Below, piece by piece: positions 10,167-19,152 of a stretch of 64,000 nucleotides of DNA. Numbering within the stretch: position 1 is the first letter of the stretch; the number at the start of each line of letters is the position of its first letter. The stretch is taken from positions 2,016,001-2,080,000 of the forward strand of contig NZ_JAQNDL010000003.1 in NCBI RefSeq assembly GCF_028368995.1, read 5' to 3'. The translations under genes were made by a program, and so were the position numbers. The stretch comes from Nannocystis bainbridge (GTDB lineage Bacteria > Myxococcota_A > Polyangia > Nannocystales > Nannocystaceae). The notes beneath the pieces were generated by a model. The model searched no databases. It was not told where the DNA came from and saw only the letters and a list, made by a program, of their open reading frames with translations.

Positions 10167-11675
10167 ATGCAACCGGCTCAAGTGCTCGCCGTCGCCGCGA
10201 CCGCCGGGGAATCCTCGGTGCGACGCAAGTCGCGGTTCACCACCCTGCCTCCTCAAGTCCTGGACTTCGCGCTGTCGCTGGCGACTCAGGGCCGCGCCAT
10301 CGTGCTCGTCAGCGTCGTGATGGCCGCCGTCGTGGTCGTCGCCGCCGACCCCGGCCCGGCCGCGATCGTCGGCTGCAGCGCGTTCGTGTTGGTGCAGGCG
10401 GTCTCTTTCTTCAACCCTGTCTCGTTCGACCGCGCCCGCACCCGCACGCGCGACCTCGTCCGCTACGCCGCGCTCGCCGTGCTGCTCGTCGCATTGCCGG
10501 GCCAGCTCGCCGCCGACGCGCCGGTGATGCTGCTCGGCCTCGCCGCCGCCTGCGCCGCCCCGCTGTCGTTCGCCCCCAAGCTCGCGGGCATCTGCATCGC
10601 GGGCCTCAGCCTCGCCTGCGCGCTCGGGGTCGTGGTCGCCGGCGGCCCGGCCGGGGCGGCGCTGATCGCCGCGCTGACGGTGGCCGCCGCCGGCGTGCCG
10701 CTCAACCTCGTGCTGGCGCACCACGGCCGCAGCGGCGAGATCTTGCGCTCGGCGCTCGGCCGCCTCGAGCGCGAGATGGAGAACCGGCAGCAGATCGAGG
10801 ATCAACTGCGCCGCACCCACGACGAGCTCGAGCGCCGCGTCGAGGAGCGGACGATCGCGCTGACCCGCGCCAACCGCAAGATGGAGTCGGAGATCCGCGT
10901 GCGCCGCCAGGCCGAGGAGCAGGCGCTCGAGGCCAATCGCATCAAGAGCTCGTTCCTCGCCAACATGAGCCACGAGCTGCGGACCCCGCTCAACGCGATC
11001 ATCGGCTACAGCGAGATCTTGCTCGAGGACACGGCCCGCCCGGCCCTCCGCGAGCTGCACGACGACCTCGGCAAGATCCACGGCTCGGCCGAGCACCTGC
11101 TCGCGCTCATCAGCGACATCCTCGACCTCTCGAAGATCGAGTCCGGCAAGATGGACATCAACCTCGAGGCGTTCCGGCTCGATGACGTGCTCGCCAGCGT
11201 GATGTCGCACCTCGCCCCGCTGGCCGAGCGCAACGGCGACACGCTCAAGCTCCGCTGCGCCCGCGATCTCGGCGAGCTCAAGACCGACCGCACCAAGCTG
11301 CACCAGATCCTGAGCAACCTGCTCAGCAACGCCTGCAAGTTCACCCACAACGGCCGCATCGAGCTGTCGATCAAGGCCCAGGGCGAGGGCGGCCGCGCGT
11401 GGTACCGCTTCGAGGTCAGCGACACCGGCATCGGCATCGCCCCCGACGTGCTCGAGCGCCTGTTCGCCCCGTTCGTCCAGGCCGACTCCTCGACCACCCG
11501 CAAGTTCGGCGGCACCGGCCTCGGCCTCGCCATCAGCCGCCACTACGCCCGCATGCTCGGCGGCGACATCACAGTGCGCAGCCAGCCCGGCGTCGGCTCG
11601 ACCTTCACCCTCCGCCTGCCGCAGGAGTCCATCGACCCGCGCAAGGCCGGGGTAATCCTCGTCTCGCATTTTTAA
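10167..11675 (+). CDS. Membrane sensor histidine kinase (orphan)
   Basis: KSSFLANMSHELRTPLN H-box, NLLSNACKF, DTGIGI, GGTGLGL; start uncertain. Confidence 0.92.
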   Translation: MQPAQVLAVAATAGESSVRRKSRFTTLPPQVLDFALSLATQGRAIVLVSVVMAAVVVVAADPGPAAIVGCSAFVLVQAVSFFNPVSFDRARTRTRDLVRYAALAVLLVALPGQLAADAPVMLLGLAAACAAPLSFAPKLAGICIAGLSLACALGVVVAGGPAGAALIAALTVAAAGVPLNLVLAHHGRSGEILRSALGRLEREMENRQQIEDQLRRTHDELERRVEERTIALTRANRKMESEIRVRRQAEEQALEANRIKSSFLANMSHELRTPLNAIIGYSEILLEDTARPALRELHDDLGKIHGSAEHLLALISDILDLSKIESGKMDINLEAFRLDDVLASVMSHLAPLAERNGDTLKLRCARDLGELKTDRTKLHQILSNLLSNACKFTHNGRIELSIKAQGEGGRAWYRFEVSDTGIGIAPDVLERLFAPFVQADSSTTRKFGGTGLGLAISRHYARMLGGDITVRSQPGVGSTFTLRLPQESIDPRKAGVILVSHF

Positions 11676-11677
11676 AG

Positions 11678-11822
11678 TGCATGTCCCTCGGGACATGTCT
11701 CGAAGTTCGCCGACCCCGTACATGACCTTCGGGACATGTCTCGCCGAAGCAGTCGGCTCGTGCATGACCTTCGGGACATGTCTCGCCGACCCGCGGCTTG
11801 TGCATGACCTTCGGGACGTGCC
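11678..11822. repeat. Four units of GTGCATGACCTTCGGGACATGTCTCG (period 40-42 bp)
   Basis: CATG at 11680/11694, 11721/11735, 11763/11777, 11803; perfect TGTCCCTCGGGACA 11682-11695. Confidence 0.9.
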
Positions 11823-12119
11823 ACGCCGACGCCGAGCGCCGCCAGCGGGGGCCGGCCCGGCCCGGCGACGCACCTGAGCGACGGCCCGCCCGGGCTCGTC
11901 CTCCCGCGCGTGCGCCTCGGGATCGGCCCGGACAAGGGCCTCCCGCGCGGCGCGCGATCGCGCCGGGCCTGGACGCTCGCGGGACCCGTCGTCGCGCCCC
12001 GCCGCGAGCCCGCGCCGATGCGCGGAGGTCCGCCGCGGCCTCCGTGCGGATCCACGCCGGGTCGAAGTGGACACGACTGTCCGTTTCGACCACACTCCTC
12101 CGGCCGAAGGAGTGCCCCC

Positions 12120-12797
12120 ATGAACCAGCCAGCGTTCCCGACCCTGCCCCCGAACGCGTCGTTCGTCACCCGCGTCCGCCTCAGCCTGCACGCGCTCAAG
12201 GTCCTGACGGACGACCCCGGCAACACCTACTACGGCCCGCTGGTCAACGCCTGCCTCGACGGCGACACCTACGCCAAGCTGGCCCGGACCTGGCGCGCCA
12301 GCGACGACGGCCGGCAGATGCTCGACGAGCGCCCGACCCTGCAGGGCCGCGAGCTCGACCTCGACGCCCTGGAGCAGCTGCCCGCCGGCACTCTCGGCCA
12401 CGAGTTCGTCCGCTACTTCCGCGACAACGGCATCCAGCCGTTCGAGACCACCTTCCCGGTCGAGAACGACGTCGACTACCTGAGCAAGCGTTACCGCGAG
12501 ACCCACGACCTGTTCCACGTCCTCACCGGCTACGGCACCGACGAGCACGGCGAGATGCTGCTGCAGGCGTTCGTACTCGGCAACCTCGGCGTGCGCCAGG
12601 CGGTGCTGATCCTCGCCTACTCGGTCCCGCGGCGGGTCAAGGTCGCCGGCTGGAAGGACCTCGTGCCCTACCTCGGCCGCCTGCGCGCCGCCTACCGCCG
12701 CGGCCGCCGCTCGCGCGAGCTCCTCAGCGTCAACTACGAGAAGCTGTGGTCCACCCCGGTGGCCTCGCTGTCCCGCCTGCTGTGCGCGCCGGCATGA
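12120..12797 (+). CDS. Coq4-family protein
   Basis: LPAGTLG, RYRETHDLFHVLTGYGTDEHGE (HDxxH-x11-E); SD AAGGAG upstream. Confidence 0.88.
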   Translation: MNQPAFPTLPPNASFVTRVRLSLHALKVLTDDPGNTYYGPLVNACLDGDTYAKLARTWRASDDGRQMLDERPTLQGRELDLDALEQLPAGTLGHEFVRYFRDNGIQPFETTFPVENDVDYLSKRYRETHDLFHVLTGYGTDEHGEMLLQAFVLGNLGVRQAVLILAYSVPRRVKVAGWKDLVPYLGRLRAAYRRGRRSRELLSVNYEKLWSTPVASLSRLLCAPA

Positions 12798-12814
12798 TTC
12801 GCCTTCGCCGACGA

Positions 12815-12860
12815 GATGTCCGAGAGAACATGCCCATGCGGACATGTTCTTTCGGCCACA
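12815..12860. repeat. Phased 14-bp module array between convergent genes
   Basis: TGTCCGAGAGAACA-TGCCCATGCGGACA-TGTTCTTTCGGCCA. Confidence 0.8.
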
Positions 12861-12875
12861 CCACCGCGGCGCGCC

Positions 12876-13430
12876 TCACTCGGCGAGGGTGAGGACCCGG
12901 GTGTAGACGGCGTCGGCGACCGAGAAGTACGGCGCCAAGAACGGCACGGCCGGCAGCCCGGGCCAGGGCGCGAGGGACGGGTTCGGCAGCAGCAGCAGCG
13001 CGCCGCCGCGGTGCTCGAGGCGCGCCCCGGCGACCATCTTCTGGCCGAACCACACGTTGCAGCGGACCACCCGCAGGCTCCCGTTCGCGGTCTCACCGAG
13101 GATCGCCCCGTGCCCGTCGCGCAGCTCGACGCCGTGCTCGAACAGCTCGAAGCGGTACAGCGTGCGCCTGAACGAGGCCATCTCGGGGCGCCCGAGGATC
13201 GCAAAGAGCACGATCAGCGCGGCGAAGGCGAAGACCACGGCCGGCGCCGCGAAGCAGGCCACGAGCGGCAGCGAGGGGTCTTGCCAGCGCACCAGCGGCG
13301 CGAACGCGGCCGCCGGAACCAGCGAGCACACCGCGACCGCGAGGACGAAGCGCACCGCGTTCGTCTCCCACACGGTCTCACGCGCGAGGGCAGGTCTCGC
13401 GGCGCCAGGAGAGGCTGCGTTCGTCGTCAC
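12876..13430 (-). CDS. Hypothetical membrane protein (2 TM plus soluble domain)
   Basis: Two hydrophobic helices; plausible coding composition. Confidence 0.6.
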   Translation of the reverse strand: MTTNAASPGAARPALARETVWETNAVRFVLAVAVCSLVPAAAFAPLVRWQDPSLPLVACFAAPAVVFAFAALIVLFAILGRPEMASFRRTLYRFELFEHGVELRDGHGAILGETANGSLRVVRCNVWFGQKMVAGARLEHRGGALLLLPNPSLAPWPGLPAVPFLAPYFSVADAVYTRVLTLAE

Positions 13431-13685
13431 CGGGATCGAGTAGCACGGCCCGTCGCGCCCGGTCGACGGAATCCGCCCGAAGACGCCGCGCGATCGCTCG
13501 CCCAGCGCGCTCGCTGCAGCGCTTCGCTCGCGCTGCGCGGCATCGCCAGGCCCTCGTCGCGCGGCCGCGCCGATTGACGCCGGTCGCAGGGTCGCCTCCC
13601 GCCGCGATGGAGGCTCAGTCCGGGCTTCCTTCTCGACTACGATAAGTCCCAGCCCGGACGCTCACCTCCGCTCATTTTCTGCGCG

Positions 13686-13751
13686 AATGAACCTTCGGAC
13701 ATGCCCTTCAAGGCATGTCCGAAGATTCATATCCATCTGTTCTTTCGGACA
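13686..13751. repeat. Phased 14-bp module array / long inverted repeat
   Basis: ATGAACCTTCGGACATGCC-cttcaa-GGCATGTCCGAAGATTCAT; junctions at 13686, 13700, 13714, 13728; TGTTCTTTCGGACA 13738-13751. Confidence 0.85.
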
Positions 13752-13757
13752 CCCGCC

Positions 13758-16700
13758 TCACGGCGGAGGCGTGTCGTCGTCCTGGTCGCTCGTGATCGGC
13801 GGCAGCGGGCGCTTGCCGGGCGGCGGCGGTGGTGGAGCCGGGCGCGGGCGACCGGGCGTCGGCGGCGTGATCGCCTCTGCCACCGGGCGCACCGGCTGCG
13901 GACCACTCGCGTTGGTGCGCGCCACCGTCGGGCTGCGCGGCGCGTCGAGCTCCGCCTCCAGCGGGGGCGGCGGCGCCTCCATCGTATCCGTCATGCGGAA
14001 CCGCGACGCGCGCGGGCGCGGCGTCGTGTCTTCGTGGACCAGCCCGCCGCTGTCGGTCGACTGGCTCATGAAGATCGCCTCCGACACCCCTGACTGGGCC
14101 GCGCGCGGCACCACCATCGTCTGGTGGATCGCCGCCTGCGCCGGCACCGGCCCTGAATTGCGGCTCGCTGGCGGCGGCGGCACCGGCCGCGGCGGCGTCG
14201 GCCGCCACAGCGGCCGCCACAATCCGCCCTGCGCCGCGCTCTGCCAGCCCCACGGCAGCCAGCGGATCAGCGACCACGCCAGCCACAGCGCCCACGCCAG
14301 CATCAGCCCGCGGTACCACCACAGCGACACCGAAAGCACCCACGGGCGCGGCATCAGCCCGCCGACCCCTTCGACGTACTCCACCCGGTCCTGGTACCAG
14401 CGCAGCGAGCTCGCGTACGACCCGTTGCCTTCGATCTGCATGTCGGGCTGACCGAGCAGCCCGGCGTGCACCGCCGCGATCAGGGCCGAGCCCGCCAGCA
14501 GCGTCCAGCCCGCGATCGTCAGCTGGCGCAGCGCGAACCATCCTGGCGTCAGGTCGACCCGGCGGCGGCGCCAGCCGAGCAGCAGGAACCACCCGATCAC
14601 CAGCATCGCCTCCGGCACCGACACCGTCGACAGCCCGAGCCCGAGCAGGAACCACTGATGGCCGCGCAGCGGCGACACTGACAGGCGGGCCAGCACCGCC
14701 GACCCGATCAGCAGCACCACGATGTAGCTCCAGAACAGCACCGCCGGCCCGAGCCGCGGCCCGCCCAGCAGCAAGATCCACCGGCTCGGCGGGAACTCGA
14801 CGTGGACCTCGGCGTTGACCGCCGCCGCCCCGAGGTCGACCACCGGCGCCGTGTAGCGCTGGCCCAGCGTCGCCGCCTCGCGCCACTCGAGCTGGACCCG
14901 CTGCACCCCGGGCGCCACCGGTACGCGGACCTGCTGGCCCTCCTGGCCGATCGGCTGCTGCGCCCCGTTGATCAGCACCTTCTGCAGCTGCGCGTCGGCC
15001 GGCAGCGCCAGCGTGTGATGGCCGCCGCGAGACGAGCGCAGCTCGAGCTGCAGCTCCGCGTCGACCGCCCGCATACCTGGCCGAAGGGTCAGGCGCGCGA
15101 AGTCGAGGGTCAGCGTCTCGCCGGGCACCCCGGCCGGGCGCGAGATGTCCAGCACCACCTGTTCCCCGGGCCAGGGCGTCCAGACCTGCAGCCCCTCGGC
15201 GCCGCGGCGGGTCGGCGGGATCCCCCCGGCCTCCACGTGCCACACCGGCCCCACCATCACCTCCCACACCTCGCTCCACGGCGCCCCCGTGGCCGCCGCC
15301 AGCACGATCTGCGGCGAGATCGGCAGCACGCTCGTCCACTCGACCACGTCCTCGTCGGGGCGGATGTTGACCAGCACCGCCCCGGCCTCGACCCGCTGCT
15401 CCGCCGTCGTCACCGACTCGCCCGGCAGCAGCGGCACCTTCAGCACCACCGCCGATCCGCGCGGCGTGGCGCGGACCACCCGCGTCGTCACCTCCCACGA
15501 CAGCCCCAGCGTCAGCGCCCGCTCGACGCGCACGAACGGCGGCAGCGTCCCGACCTCGAGCGTCTCCGCCTGCGCCGCGTCCTGCTTGCTGGTCCGCGTC
15601 AGCTGCAGCACCTCGTCGGCCAGCCCGTCCTCGTGCAGCCCGGCGACCGACCAGCCCTCGGCCCTGGCCGTCACGCGGTGCGGCCCGAGCGGCAGGCGCA
15701 GCTGGATCGTCTCGCGGTTCGGCAGCGGCCCCTCGAGCACCACCTCATGTCGGCCCGGCTCGAGCGCCAGTCGCAGCCCGCCGTCGCTCGTGCGCATCAG
15801 CCCGCCTGTCGCCGGCGAGCCGTCGACGCTCACCTGCGACGGCAGCCAGTGCTCCGCCGAACCGGGCAGCGGCGCCTCGACCTGGGCCGCCGCGTGCAGC
15901 TCGACCACCAGCCGCAGCGCCGACCCGCTCGCCTCCAGGCGCATGCGCGGGCTCGTCACGCAGTCGGGCAGGCAGCTCGGCGGCTCGGTCAGGCGCGCGC
16001 GCAGTTGCTCGAGCGTCGCCGCGTCCGGCACCTCCGCCGCCGTCGCCGTCGTCGGCAGCAGCAGCGCCGCCAGCGTCATCATCACCGTCGAGCCGATGGC
16101 CGAGTTCGGCCGCTGCGGCGGCGCCTGCCGCCGCTTGCGGAACACCCCGAACACCGCCAGCACCAGCGCCACCAGGAACAGCACCCGCACCCCTGCGAGC
16201 GCCAGGTTCACGTGCGGCGGCACCAGCACGAAGCTGACCTGCTGCGCCCGTTCGACCGGTCCGCTCCAGCGCAGCGGCACCGAGTGCCATGACCACCGCG
16301 GCACGCCCGGACCGGTCTGCACCACCGTGCTCGCGTCGTACTCGCGCAGCTTCTTCTGCTGGCGCCGGCGATAATCGCCGCTCAGGCTGGCCCCGCTCGC
16401 CCCCCACGACGACGACACCGACTGCTCCTCGTCCTCGTCGAGTTTTTCGGCCAGCTTCGCCCGGCCCATGCGGCCCTCCTCGCCCCCGTACGCCTTCCCG
16501 CCCTCGGTCTCGAGGTCGTTGGCCTTCTGGTCGAGAGAGCCCGGGGCGAACGTCGCGGGCGGCATCTCCTCGGCCATCACTGCCGGCCCCAGCTGACCTG
16601 TCGCAAGGGCCAGATCGAAATTGTCGCGCCCGCGCTGCTCGAGCGCCGGGTACAGCCCCTGGCGCAGCTGCTGGATCGCAAACACCGAGCAGATCCCCGC

Positions 16701-18398
16701 CAGCATCACCAGCGCCGCCAGGCGATAGCCGCGGACCAGCGAGCGCAGCCAGCTCTCGGGCAGCGCCCGGTGCAGCGCCTCGCCCACCAGCACGAAGATC
16801 CACACCGACCGCGGCGCCATCCACTCGGGGAAGATCAGCGCCAGCGTCACCACCGCCAGCACCCCCCAGGCCCAGCCGTACAGCCTTGCGATCGCGATCG
16901 CGATCACCAGCACCATGAACAGATCCAGCAGCGTCCAGCGGCCGAGCCACGTGTCGTCCACCTGATCGACCCCGGTCGCGTGCAAGATCCGCCAACCTGG
17001 CGGCAGGTGCAGCGTCCCCGTCACCGACGCGAAATCGTGGTCCCAGTCGACCGCCGACACCGACGGGCGCAGCCCCCCCGCGGGCACGCGCAGGTCCGCC
17101 GCCAGCGACACGTTCGGGCTGCGCAGCTCGATCCCTGCCTTGTTCGGGTCTTCGCGCGCAGTGATGAATTGCGGCTGCCCGCCGACCGCCACCGCCCCGA
17201 GGCGGGCCGAGCCCTGCATCTCGAGCCGGCGTGTGCCCTGCACCTGGCCCTCGATGCGGTCCTTGACCGTGAACCCGCCGCCGTCGAAATCGAGCCACCA
17301 GTCGCGGGCCAGCGCCAGCTGATCGGGCCCGCGGTCGGCCTCGCCGCGCTGCGTCACCGTCAGCTGCAGCGCCTGCCCGGGGCGGGCGCGGAACGCCGGG
17401 AACGAGCGCCACGCGTCGGGCAGCTGCGTCTGTTGTGGGTCGACCGCGTCGAGCCCGGCGAACTCGACCCGCCGCAGCTCCGGCGTCGGCGCGAACACCC
17501 ACACCTCTTCGCTGGCCCACGGCCCCTCGTTGCTGGCGAGGGCGATGCTCTGCAGGTCACCCGGGTGGCGCGCCTCGATCCGGATCGTCCACGAGCCCGG
17601 GCGCACCTGCACGCGCACGCGGCCGTCGGGCTCGAGCCGGGCCGGCAGCTCGCTCGCCACCTCCATCGCCACGAAGTCCGGCGGCAGCGCCTTGCCCAGC
17701 AGCTCCTCGCGGCTCTTGCCCGCCACCTGCAGCGAGATCTCCGTCGTCAGCCGCAGCGGGATCGCGTCCGTCACCTTGCGGTGCACCACCACGTCGAGCA
17801 GGTTCTGCTCGCTCGCCGCCTCCACCTTCTTCTGCAGCCACAGCGTCCCGTCGTTGTCCCGGCGCGGGAGCGCCTCCGGCTTGCCGCGCAGCTTCAGCGC
17901 CAGCAGCCCCGTCTCGGCCGGCACGCTGAGCTTCTCCGGCATGCTGTCCCACAGGAACGCCCCGGTGATCCGGTGCGCGCCGGGGCCGAGCTCGACCACC
18001 GGCAGGCCGCCGCGGCTCATCACCACCGCCGCCTGCCCGTCGACCTCGACCTCTTGCGGCCAGCGGCGCGCGTCGCCGGGCAGCGGCACCATCCCCTTCG
18101 CGTAGAGCTGCCAGCGCTGGGTGAACGACCCGCGCTCGTCGGCCAGCTCGAGCTCGAGCTGCGACGGCCAGGCGCAGCGACGCTCGCTGGTGCTGGCATG
18201 TACGTACGGACATGACCGATCGGACAGGGGCTGCAGCACCCACGGGATCCACTCGCGCAGCGCCTCGGGGATGTCCGCCGGCGCCTGCGCGACCGGTTCG
18301 ACCGGGGCTCGTGGGGGCGCCGCCGCGGCCTCCGCCGCGAACAGCAGCATCATCAGCGCGAGGACCCAGTGCAGCTGCCGAGGCGTGGAGCGAGTCAT
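13758..18398 (-). CDS. Large (about 1546 aa) uncharacterised membrane protein with internal duplication
   Basis: Signal peptide at MTRSTPRQLHW; two beta-rich domain plus TM-bundle halves; Pro-rich tail. Confidence 0.85.
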   Translation of the reverse strand: MTRSTPRQLHWVLALMMLLFAAEAAAAPPRAPVEPVAQAPADIPEALREWIPWVLQPLSDRSCPYVHASTSERRCAWPSQLELELADERGSFTQRWQLYAKGMVPLPGDARRWPQEVEVDGQAAVVMSRGGLPVVELGPGAHRITGAFLWDSMPEKLSVPAETGLLALKLRGKPEALPRRDNDGTLWLQKKVEAASEQNLLDVVVHRKVTDAIPLRLTTEISLQVAGKSREELLGKALPPDFVAMEVASELPARLEPDGRVRVQVRPGSWTIRIEARHPGDLQSIALASNEGPWASEEVWVFAPTPELRRVEFAGLDAVDPQQTQLPDAWRSFPAFRARPGQALQLTVTQRGEADRGPDQLALARDWWLDFDGGGFTVKDRIEGQVQGTRRLEMQGSARLGAVAVGGQPQFITAREDPNKAGIELRSPNVSLAADLRVPAGGLRPSVSAVDWDHDFASVTGTLHLPPGWRILHATGVDQVDDTWLGRWTLLDLFMVLVIAIAIARLYGWAWGVLAVVTLALIFPEWMAPRSVWIFVLVGEALHRALPESWLRSLVRGYRLAALVMLAGICSVFAIQQLRQGLYPALEQRGRDNFDLALATGQLGPAVMAEEMPPATFAPGSLDQKANDLETEGGKAYGGEEGRMGRAKLAEKLDEDEEQSVSSSWGASGASLSGDYRRRQQKKLREYDASTVVQTGPGVPRWSWHSVPLRWSGPVERAQQVSFVLVPPHVNLALAGVRVLFLVALVLAVFGVFRKRRQAPPQRPNSAIGSTVMMTLAALLLPTTATAAEVPDAATLEQLRARLTEPPSCLPDCVTSPRMRLEASGSALRLVVELHAAAQVEAPLPGSAEHWLPSQVSVDGSPATGGLMRTSDGGLRLALEPGRHEVVLEGPLPNRETIQLRLPLGPHRVTARAEGWSVAGLHEDGLADEVLQLTRTSKQDAAQAETLEVGTLPPFVRVERALTLGLSWEVTTRVVRATPRGSAVVLKVPLLPGESVTTAEQRVEAGAVLVNIRPDEDVVEWTSVLPISPQIVLAAATGAPWSEVWEVMVGPVWHVEAGGIPPTRRGAEGLQVWTPWPGEQVVLDISRPAGVPGETLTLDFARLTLRPGMRAVDAELQLELRSSRGGHHTLALPADAQLQKVLINGAQQPIGQEGQQVRVPVAPGVQRVQLEWREAATLGQRYTAPVVDLGAAAVNAEVHVEFPPSRWILLLGGPRLGPAVLFWSYIVVLLIGSAVLARLSVSPLRGHQWFLLGLGLSTVSVPEAMLVIGWFLLLGWRRRRVDLTPGWFALRQLTIAGWTLLAGSALIAAVHAGLLGQPDMQIEGNGSYASSLRWYQDRVEYVEGVGGLMPRPWVLSVSLWWYRGLMLAWALWLAWSLIRWLPWGWQSAAQGGLWRPLWRPTPPRPVPPPPASRNSGPVPAQAAIHQTMVVPRAAQSGVSEAIFMSQSTDSGGLVHEDTTPRPRASRFRMTDTMEAPPPPLEAELDAPRSPTVARTNASGPQPVRPVAEAITPPTPGRPRPAPPPPPPGKRPLPPITSDQDDDTPPP

Positions 18399-18503
18399 GG
18401 GGGACCCAAGGGTACAGCGAGCCCAGGTGCCCGGGACAGGGCGGGACCCCTGGTCGGCCGCGGGCCCTCGCCCACCCGGCCCGCCCGTGGCACCCTGACC
18501 TGC

Positions 18504-18944
18504 GTGTCTTCGCCCACCGACTCCGAGCTGGCCGAGATCCTCGCGCGTGCGCGCACCATCGCCGTGCTCGGCGCGCACACCGACCCCAACAAGCCCGCGT
18601 GCTACGTCCCGGACTACCTGCACGCCGCCGGGTACACCGTCTTGCCGGTCAACCCCGTGTTCGCCGGCCGGCGCATGTGGGGCTCGACCTTCGTCGCCGC
18701 CCTGACCGACCTCTCGCTCGCGCCCGGCCAGCTCGACATGGTCGACGTGTTCCGCCGGCCCGAGTACCTCCAGGGCCACCTCCCGGAGATCTTGGCCGTG
18801 AAGCCCCGCGTCGTCTGGCTGCAGCTCGGCATCCGCCACGCCGAATTCGCGCGCACCCTCCGCGAGGCCGACATCGAAGTCGTCGAAGATCGCTGCGCCC
18901 TCGCCGAGCACCGCCGCCTCGGCCTCCCGAACCTCGGCGACTGA
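18504..18944 (+). CDS. CoA-binding protein (YccU-like)
   Basis: RTIAVLGA, YTVLPVNP, DMVDVFRR, VWLQLGI, VVEDRC. Confidence 0.9.
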   Translation: MSSPTDSELAEILARARTIAVLGAHTDPNKPACYVPDYLHAAGYTVLPVNPVFAGRRMWGSTFVAALTDLSLAPGQLDMVDVFRRPEYLQGHLPEILAVKPRVVWLQLGIRHAEFARTLREADIEVVEDRCALAEHRRLGLPNLGD

Positions 18945-19001
18945 CCGCGAAGTCCGCGCAGCGGCCCGGCCCGCGCGGTGCCCCGCCGCCAGTGCGTGGG
19001 G

Positions 19002-19058
19002 GACATGCCCTTTACGACATGCCCTTTACGACATGCCCTCGACGACATGTCCCTTCGA
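19002..19058. repeat. Direct 14-bp tandem repeat (GACATGCCCTTTAC) x4
   Basis: CATG at 19004, 19018, 19032, 19046. Confidence 0.9.
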
Positions 19059-19069
19059 CCCGGCGCCCC

Positions 19070-19108
19070 AAACGAAGACACGCCGGCGAGCTCCCTCGCC
19101 GGCGTGTC
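19070..19108 (-). terminator. Intrinsic terminator for the DUF1592-DUF1552 operon
   Basis: 14-bp perfect stem GACACGCCGGCGAG/CTCGCCGGCGTGTC, followed by TTCGTTT on the minus strand. Confidence 0.65.
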
Positions 19109-19152
19109 GCCGTACAGTCGGCTCGCGGCGTGCTGCCGCGAGCCGCGTTCGT

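Noticed and set aside
11678-11822. CRISPR array
   Set aside because: Linkers are only 14-16 nt and partly similar to each other; no cas genes or leader; the repeat belongs to the dispersed 14-bp module family.
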